Positions 8,781 to 14,644 of a DNA stretch of 64,000 nt are shown one piece after another; position 1 is the stretch's first letter, and every line of letters starts with the position of its first letter. The notes under the pieces are model-generated. The model saw only the letters and a program-made list of their open reading frames with translations, was not told the origin of the DNA and did not search any database. The translations under genes and the position numbers were made by a program. The DNA is from a virus: the IMG/VR virus record IMGVR_UViG_3300032249_000480, positions 1-64,000 of that record; one strand, given 5' to 3'.

Positions 8781-8965
8781 TATGCGTTCTCCTTAGTTTT
8801 GAATAAGTGGTGATATTCTTGTATTTCATCAGCAGGGATATTGTAAGTATTACACTCACACGCCCATAAATCATAGTCTACATCATTTCCTGCAAATTGC
8901 CAACCATTACCATAGCAGTAGTGGCAGGTTAAAATACCAAGAATAGAATCTTTGAATTTTCCCAT
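8780..8965 (-). CDS. small Cys-rich protein
   Basis: CxxCxGxG...CEC; similar to 9669..9788. Confidence 0.65.
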   Translation of the reverse strand: MGKFKDSILGILTCHYCYGNGWQFAGNDVDYDLWACECNTYNIPADEIQEYHHLFKTKENA

Positions 8966-9093
8966 TAGTAATACCAATCCTCTCCAAGAGCCTTTTCAGC
9001 GCACCAATCAGTATAGTGCTTATCGCACATAGTTTCAACACTAGCGTCTATCGTGTTTATATTATTTTTTGTAGCGTAACAGATATTACACAT
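8965..9093 (-). CDS. small Cys/His protein (42 aa, not in track)
   Basis: MCNICYA...MCDKHYTDW; AAGGA RBS. Confidence 0.55.
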   Translation of the reverse strand: MCNICYATKNNINTIDASVETMCDKHYTDWCAEKALGEDWYY

Positions 9094-9247
9094 AAGTTTT
9101 CCTTTCTTAGAATAATCTAAGCCTATCAGATTAGACTGACACTTTCAAGTTACAAACACCATTTCAGGGGTATTCTGGGTGTGTTTTTAATCACATCTTA
9201 ACTGTGGATAACTTGTGGACGACACGCCGAGATCTCGGGAAAAATTT

Positions 9248-9274
9248 GAGCAGTTTATATTCTTGCTCAGGAAT
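9248..9274 (-). ncRNA. pseudoknot element, copy 5
   Basis: AUUC-CUGAGCA-A-GAAU-AU-AAACUGCUC. Confidence 0.65.
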
Positions 9275-9283
9275 TTATTTTAA

Positions 9284-9457
9284 TTAATCTGTTTTAGTAC
9301 AAGCGTCCCAAAATTTATTTTCATCAAACCTTGGATTGTCTGAACTAAACCATTCACTAAATTCAAAAACTAAATCTTGAAAAACATGTGAGTCAATTCC
9401 ATCTACAAATTGATTTAAAATTTTTGCGGTTTCAACATAGTCTTTGCGAGTCATCAT
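9284..9457 (-). CDS. small phage protein (MTRKDY...DNPRFD...F..AC type)
   Basis: Recognisable small phage-protein motif; TAATG-coupled. Confidence 0.7.
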   Translation of the reverse strand: MMTRKDYVETAKILNQFVDGIDSHVFQDLVFEFSEWFSSDNPRFDENKFWDACTKTD

Positions 9458-9669
9458 TAGTTTTTGCCAACTTTCAAAACAGCCCATTGATTATTTTCGT
9501 TAAGTTTATTTAAAAAGCCTTCTTCTTCAAGAGCAGAAAGAAAAGCCCCACGAAGCATTTGCTCCATTTGTTCCTCAGATAAACTAAGAAAAATATTTAG
9601 CAAGTTAGCAGGCATTTTGAATTCGTCAATTTCAGTGACAAGGTTTACAGTGTGGTTTAGTGTTATCAT
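9457..9669 (-). CDS. hypothetical protein
   Basis: ORF with GAGGAG RBS. Confidence 0.65.
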   Translation of the reverse strand: MITLNHTVNLVTEIDEFKMPANLLNIFLSLSEEQMEQMLRGAFLSALEEEGFLNKLNENNQWAVLKVGKN

Positions 9670-9788
9670 TAGTTATTCTCCTCTACACAAGCACAAGGTT
9701 CAACATGGTAGTCTTGGTCATTACCAAAAAAGATGTAGCCTTGACCAAAACAGTCATTACAAGGAACAGTCATTACTGAGTTTATCAT
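9669..9788 (-). CDS. small Cys-rich protein (39 aa, not in track)
   Basis: CNDCFGQG...CAC; coupled on both sides. Confidence 0.55.
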   Translation of the reverse strand: MINSVMTVPCNDCFGQGYIFFGNDQDYHVEPCACVEENN

Positions 9789-9976
9789 TACTTCACCAAT
9801 GCCTTTCCGCGTAGTGTTCCGCTAATACCTAAAGAGTCGCAAGCAACCTTTACAGAAATACCAACAGGCAATTTCTCAGGGTATGTGGAGATGAATTGAG
9901 CAACTGCTCCCTTACTAGGGAGAGCGATGTTTTTAACCTCACCGCTAAAGGTTTCTAGTTTCATAGTATAAGTCAT
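9788..9976 (-). CDS. hypothetical protein
   Basis: AAGGAAG RBS; TGTCAG promoter. Confidence 0.7.
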   Translation of the reverse strand: MTYTMKLETFSGEVKNIALPSKGAVAQFISTYPEKLPVGISVKVACDSLGISGTLRGKALVK

Positions 9977-10068
9977 TTTGACTTCCTTTCGTTTTGTTTA
10001 TAATCCTAGCCTACCATAGGCTACTGACATTTTTTGTATTTCTAGGGGGTGTGGCGATGTGAGTTACC

Positions 10069-10191
10069 TCACAAAGCCCCCTCTTGGAATAACCCTAACT
10101 CTAAGGTTAAGAGTTCATCAGGTGTGGCTTCTGATAGGTCAACCCAACCAGCACCTTTTTCATCTAGGCGAAAAATCTCAATGTATCCCAT
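10069..10191 (-). CDS. 40-aa hypothetical protein (not in track)
   Basis: MGYIEIFRLDEKGAGWVDL... Confidence 0.5.
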   Translation of the reverse strand: MGYIEIFRLDEKGAGWVDLSEATPDELLTLELGLFQEGAL

Positions 10192-10194
10192 TAG

Positions 10195-10392
10195 TTATTC
10201 ACCTACCTTTACGGCAACAGTTCGCCATTTGTTGCGGTAGATAGAATTAACCTCAACCAAATAACTTTCTGTATTATCTCCATACCATACGGCACGATTA
10301 TCTTTTTCAGCAGATACAATCTCTCCTGTTAAAGTTTTTGAGCGATAGACTTTACCAATTAGCAAGTCTTCTATTTTGTATAAGTTAGCCAT
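10195..10392 (-). CDS. small SH3-like protein
   Basis: IGKVYRSKTLTGEIVSAE; AAGGAAG RBS; TTGTAA-17-TAAACT promoter. Confidence 0.7.
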   Translation of the reverse strand: MANLYKIEDLLIGKVYRSKTLTGEIVSAEKDNRAVWYGDNTESYLVEVNSIYRNKWRTVAVKVGE

Positions 10393-10605
10393 TATTAGCC
10401 ACTTCCTTTCTTTATTTTCTTACTATGTAAGTTTAACAGATTTAGGAGAGATTTACAACTTACTAGCCAGTAAATCCAAATAATGAGACGCTCAGCGATG
10501 TGATTTAGCCCACAAACTTTCTGTGATCTTAACCACATCGTACGTAAAGCGACACGCCGTCTGCGCCGAGAAAAATCGCAGAGTTTATTTCTACGATCTT
10601 AGTTT

Positions 10606-11226
10606 TTATTTATTTTTATTTATTAAAACAGAAATAAAAACGGCAGCAACAAGAATAAATGCTAACACATGATAAGGTGTGGCAAATAAATTTAGAATTA
10701 AGTTTTCCATTTTTATTTCTCCATTACTGATTTGATAATTTCTAATTGTTTAACAGTGAGAAGCGCAGAAGCACTACCCCAAAGTCCAACGTATGATAAC
10801 TGATTACCATATTTTTTATCTGCTAATTCTTTTATTTCTTTTAGCAAAGAATCTTGTTTATTAGTATTCATTATTCATCACACTCACAATCTTGGTATGG
10901 GTTAAAGTCGCAGAATTGGCAACCTTGTTTTTCAAAGTGATTATCGCAAAAGTAGCGATACTGTAATTCACCGCAACAGATGAAGCGTTCATTGTTAGTT
11001 AGATAGAAACTATTTGAGCCAATAGGCGTAAGAGTTAACATAGTCATTACTTAGACACCGCCCAACGTGTCCACATAGGTAGACGCTCAGGGTCAGTATC
11101 GTTATACCAACGCTCAATGTTATTTTCACACATTTCACAAAACGTGAATTGTGTATCGTTAAAGTCTGAGATAGCAGACTTATTAGGGACGTGTGATTTA
11201 CACACTTGGATAATTGTTGAATTCAT
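10606..11226 (-). CDS. four coupled micro-ORFs (11047..11226, 10871..11047, 10713..10871, 10606..10710)
   Basis: 59, 58, 52 and 34 aa; TAATG coupling; the first follows the 11277-11298 promoter; two are Cys-rich and the last is hydrophobic. Confidence 0.55.
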
Positions 11227-11440
11227 TTGAATTCCTTTCTAGTTCAGAAACCTTTTCTGACTTTCTTTATACTAGAAGTATAACAGGTACCACTGACATT
11301 TACTGGACAGTAACTAGGACAAAACGGACATTTGGGATTGTGATGTACGTCATGTGGATAACTTGAGCGTAAATTCGTAGTGTGATGTGTATCATGTGGA
11401 TAACTTTTTGGCCCGAGAAAATGTGGGCTATATCACATGC

Positions 11441-11487
11441 GACACGCCGTGTTTAGACTTGACTTTTGGGGGGTAGTGTGATAGGAT
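11441..11487 (+). promoter_or_regulatory. rightward promoter 1 with GACACGCCG (WhiA-like) site
   Basis: GACAC starts 18 nt before TTGACT-17-TAGGAT. Confidence 0.7.
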
Positions 11488-11540
11488 ACTCCTATACAAA
11501 TAAATAGAGATAGATAAGGTTAATGAGCCTACCAAATAAG

Positions 11541-11556
11541 GCGAACAGATGTTCGC
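11541..11556. promoter_or_regulatory. LexA SOS box (Gram-positive/actinobacterial type)
   Basis: GCGAAC-AGAT-GTTCGC matches CGAAC-N4-GTTCG. Confidence 0.6.
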
Positions 11557-11591
11557 ATGAGCGTAGCAAATAAGTAACCTAAATCACACAA

Positions 11592-11638
11592 GACACGCCG
11601 TAGCAAGGCTTGACTTTTTGACATTTCTATGGTAGTAT
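11592..11638 (+). promoter_or_regulatory. rightward promoter 2 with GACACGCCG site
   Basis: GACAC starts 18 nt before TTGACT-17-TAGTAT; same geometry as promoter 1. Confidence 0.7.
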
Positions 11639-11752
11639 TCTACTATAACAATTAAATAAGAAATCCTAAGTGAGCCCCTAGCAATAGGGCAAATAAATTA
11701 GGTCAAGGAAATAGTTAGCACAAGGCTAACGAATTAACGAAAGGTTCACAAT

Positions 11753-11935
11753 ATGAACACTATAACTAAAGACTTAGTAGCAGAGTATGGCTCTAGCATA
11801 CTATCTAAGAATAACCCTTACCCAAAGGGTACGCTCTCACTAAGAGAGTGCCAAATCCTACTAAACAAGTATGGAGTAGAAAAGGCTACGCTAATTGTTA
11901 AGCGTCATGCCTCACTAAGAAAGGTAAGTAACTAA
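11753..11935 (+). CDS. hypothetical early protein
   Basis: ORF with GAAAGG RBS. Confidence 0.65.
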   Translation: MNTITKDLVAEYGSSILSKNNPYPKGTLSLRECQILLNKYGVEKATLIVKRHASLRKVSN

Positions 11936-11937
11936 AT

Positions 11938-12105
11938 ATGAAAATCAAATACTCACTATGGCAAGGCTCACGCCTACTAAGCATTAACAATATCGCTAGT
12001 GACATCAAGTCTATAGATGTCCTAGTCGCATCATTAAACGATAGCGAATTAGGTAAAAAAATTAAATTCGCTGCCAATGTTATGGAAATAGATACTAACG
12101 CATAG
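11938..12105 (+). CDS. hypothetical protein (55 aa, not in track)
   Basis: MKIKYSLWQGSRLLS...; GAAAGG RBS. Confidence 0.6.
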   Translation: MKIKYSLWQGSRLLSINNIASDIKSIDVLVASLNDSELGKKIKFAANVMEIDTNA

Positions 12106-12125
12106 GATATATATAACAGATCAAG

Positions 12126-12159
12126 TAGTGAGTGCTATTGTGTGCTCACTATTTTTTTT
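12126..12159 (+). terminator. intrinsic terminator
   Basis: TAGTGAGTGC/GTGCTCACTA stem followed by T8. Confidence 0.75.
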
Positions 12160-12259
12160 GTATTTATTTTTTATTTTTATGTATCATACACAAATACAAA
12201 AAATTCAGATTTTCTTGAAAATAAAAAAATATTCAGAAAATCCACGGTATACTAAATAC

Positions 12260-12592
12260 ATGGAAATCAGACCTTGGGGATACTACAAGATCCTACATAC
12301 AGACAATAACTGTCAGACAAAATTTTTGTCGGTAAATCCAGAAAGTCGTTTATCATATCAATCTCATATGTATAGAGCAGAGCATTGGTTCATAGTATCT
12401 GGAACTGCATTGGTAACAATTGAAGATGAAAAATATATTTTATATCCAGGCGATTCAATTGATATTCCACAATGCACTAAACATCGCATAGAAGCATTAC
12501 ATCAACCAGTAGAGTTTGTAGAAGTACAGACAGGTACATATTTTGGGGAAGATGATATTATTAGATTTGAGGATGATTATGACAGAAAGTGA
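12260..12592 (+). CDS. cupin, mannose-6-phosphate isomerase type II C-terminal-like
   Basis: RPWG, RLSYQSH..RAEHW, EVQTGTYFGEDDIIRFEDDY; leaderless start at 12260. Confidence 0.85.
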   Translation: MEIRPWGYYKILHTDNNCQTKFLSVNPESRLSYQSHMYRAEHWFIVSGTALVTIEDEKYILYPGDSIDIPQCTKHRIEALHQPVEFVEVQTGTYFGEDDIIRFEDDYDRK

Positions 12593-12710
12593 AAACCTTG
12601 CTGTAAAAATATTTTCAGAAACATGCTGTAATGGTTGTACATGTCAATCATCAAAAGATCATCCAATACAAGAAGAATTTGCTTTGGATGAAATTGATTT
12701 TGAACAATAA
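12579..12710 (+). CDS. small Cys-rich protein (43 aa, not in track)
   Basis: MTESENLAVKIFSETCCNGCTC. Confidence 0.45.
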   Translation: MTESENLAVKIFSETCCNGCTCQSSKDHPIQEEFALDEIDFEQ

Positions 12711-12711
12711 A

Positions 12712-12912
12712 TCACCATTTGTCAGCAGGGCATTTGGCTCTTGCCAGAGTAGTCTTTAACTCCATAAAACATCCACATAATCTACAAGTTCTAGTTGTTT
12801 GTCTAAAATGTTCACAAGTCTCACATATCGCAAGGCGATCTGCTTTTAACTGTTCTTCACTTCTTGGCTCTCTTGGATTAAGTAAATCCCAAGGTTTGAC
12901 ATCATCGCTCAT
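12712..12912 (-). CDS. DUF6171-like Cys-rich protein
   Basis: RLAICETC...CRLCGCFM..K......CP..KW. Confidence 0.7.
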   Translation of the reverse strand: MSDDVKPWDLLNPREPRSEEQLKADRLAICETCEHFRQTTRTCRLCGCFMELKTTLARAKCPADKW

Positions 12913-12914
12913 TA

Positions 12915-13517
12915 TTAAAGTATATCAAGTTTTTCGGGGGATCCAATCAAAGACTCATTTACTTTGGTCCATAACTGATATGACATACTAGGAGATATAT
13001 AAGCAGATAAGCCTATAGCATCCAAACACCATATATCTCCTTTTTGATACCACATAGCAGAGTTATAGTCAATAGATTGTTTGTCAAAGACAAATAAATA
13101 ATATATCTTGTTTTCAAATTTTTCGGGGATAGAAGACCAATCTTGGTCTGCTTTGGCTAAACATACATATAAATCTGCACTAGTATCTACAACGTGTCCG
13201 ACCATATCTTCTATGGTTTTATGTTTACCTAGCCTAGAGCCAGAGAACTTGAGTATGTTTTTCTTAATGTCATATACGCCTGATTTGACACTTATGCTTG
13301 GACCTTCATCTATAGTCATATCTACCGATACTGAGTGTGATCTGTTTGGTTTCCAATCATTATCCATACCGTTTTCTTTTAAGGCATCGGCGATTAACTC
13401 TTCTAAAAATTCACTCGTACACGGTAGACGATAGACACTATGATGTATTTGTAATTTATTTGTTAGAGCATTTGCTAAAACAGTTTTAAGGGTATGTGTC
13501 CAGTTATCATATGACAT
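12915..13517 (-). CDS. putative PD-(D/E)xK-fold endonuclease
   Basis: E-bearing helix (FLEELI) followed by VD...SVKS. Confidence 0.4.
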   Translation of the reverse strand: MSYDNWTHTLKTVLANALTNKLQIHHSVYRLPCTSEFLEELIADALKENGMDNDWKPNRSHSVSVDMTIDEGPSISVKSGVYDIKKNILKFSGSRLGKHKTIEDMVGHVVDTSADLYVCLAKADQDWSSIPEKFENKIYYLFVFDKQSIDYNSAMWYQKGDIWCLDAIGLSAYISPSMSYQLWTKVNESLIGSPEKLDIL

Positions 13518-13695
13518 CTAATCATTATAGCCTATTAGAAGTTATGAGACAACTAGTGACACTATTAGGATGCTTGCATCCATAAATTGTCATAAGGTTG
13601 TTTGAGTATCTCTATTTCGGCGGCGACTTAACAGCACTTTTATTTTTCGCAAGTACTGATATTTGCGTCTCAAATGATGATATAATAATCTTGTT

Positions 13696-13944
13696 ATGAC
13701 AATTCAAGACTGGGCCTCATTAATCGTAGCAATACTTACTATTGTTTCTTCTATCGCTTTCGGAATTAAGTGGCTAGTAAAACATTATTTATCCGAACTC
13801 CGCCCGAATTCTGGATCAAGTTTAAAAGATCAAATTACAAGACTTGAACTGCGTGTTAATGAAGCAGATGTTAGTCGTCGTGATATGGATAAAAAACTTG
13901 ACAAAATGTATTCAATTCTTATAGAATATATTGCTAAGAATTAA
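13696..13944 (+). CDS. single-TM membrane protein (holin-like)
   Basis: One TM helix, then PNSGSSLKDQI and a coiled coil. Confidence 0.55.
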   Translation: MTIQDWASLIVAILTIVSSIAFGIKWLVKHYLSELRPNSGSSLKDQITRLELRVNEADVSRRDMDKKLDKMYSILIEYIAKN

Positions 13945-14034
13945 TAATCTAATTTTCCTATTTTCCTTATATACTATATTTAAAAGATAATTTAAAAACT
14001 ATATATAGTATATTCTTTTCTTTATATATATTTA

Positions 14035-14063
14035 AGTATACACATACTTTCTTGGTTTTGCAA
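14035..14063 (-). promoter_or_regulatory. leftward promoter into an AT-rich non-coding tract
   Basis: TTGCAA-17-TATACT. Confidence 0.55.
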
Positions 14064-14103
14064 CTTTTATACCGTTGGTAATTGTTACAATTAGGTAAAC
14101 TTT

Positions 14104-14123
14104 TTATCCACAAGTTATCCACA
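14104..14123 (+). promoter_or_regulatory. tandem DnaA boxes
   Basis: TTATCCACA at 14104 and 14115. Confidence 0.75.
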
Positions 14124-14155
14124 ACCCAATTTGGCATATTATGTTATAATTTACT

Positions 14156-14212
14156 TGGCTATCTCCCAGGATTCTACCCACCCCTCTGCGTCTTGGGAGA
14201 TTAGTCATTTTT
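14156..14212 (+). ncRNA. candidate single-hairpin sRNA with C-rich loop
   Basis: TGTTATAAT at 14142; 16-bp stem with G-U pairs, loop UUCUACCCACCCCUCUGCG, T5 tail. Confidence 0.5.
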
Positions 14213-14230
14213 ATGGTATAATCGTTTATT

Positions 14231-14644
14231 ATGGCCTGCTCATCATGCTCTCAAACAATTGATCAATTTGGTGCTAATCCAACAAACATACAGTGGTCTG
14301 TAGTTCGTGGGGATACAGCAAAATTAAGAGTTCAATTTTTTCAAGAAGATGAAGAAACTGCCTATACAACTACTTCCTGGACATATAAATCAACAGCCTA
14401 TGATCCAGTAACAAAAACCTCTCACGTATTGGATATTTCAAGTGCAGCAGGATATGTTGATATTATTGCTCAACCTTCAAAAACTAAATTATGGGGTCTT
14501 GGATATCAAGACAAGGTTGCAGAATTAAATTTTGATTTACAAGTAACAATTCCTTCTGCTGGATCTGGTAATGCTGACACTGTTTGGACTCCTGTAATAG
14601 GAACTATATCTGTTCTTGCAGATATTACTCCTTGGAGTTTATAG
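14231..14644 (+). CDS. virion structural adaptor protein (BppU-N-like)
   Basis: VRGDT...FDLQVT...GTISVLADIT; similar to 19438..19782. Confidence 0.6.
   Translation: MACSSCSQTIDQFGANPTNIQWSVVRGDTAKLRVQFFQEDEETAYTTTSWTYKSTAYDPVTKTSHVLDISSAAGYVDIIAQPSKTKLWGLGYQDKVAELNFDLQVTIPSAGSGNADTVWTPVIGTISVLADITPWSL

Larger units (their letters stand above)
4942..11298 (-). promoter_or_regulatory. eight TGTCAG-N10-TANNNT (RecA-NDp/PafBC-type) early promoters
   Basis: Copies at 4942-4963, 5589-5610, 6460-6481, 6775-6796, 7680-7701, 9120-9141, 10008-10029 and 11277-11298, each with an exact 10-nt spacer. Confidence 0.85.
3157..11588. promoter_or_regulatory. dispersed CRP-family boxes (TGTGA-N6-TCACA)
   Basis: Perfect at 3157, 3730 and 10058; one mismatch at 5023, 5648, 6846, 9180, 10499, 10522 and 11422; two mismatches at 11339, 11381 and 11573. 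Confidence 0.8.

Noticed and set aside
3861-9274. CTGAGCA...TGCTC repeats as CRISPR repeats or simple terminators
   Set aside because: They are dispersed one per intergenic region, lack a U-tract on the sense strand, and their covariation fits a pseudoknot.
2281-10244. Plus-strand and alternate-frame ORFs in the early region (e.g. 2402, 3876, 5645, 6222, 6876)
   Set aside because: They are shadows of minus-strand genes that have RBS, promoter and translational coupling.
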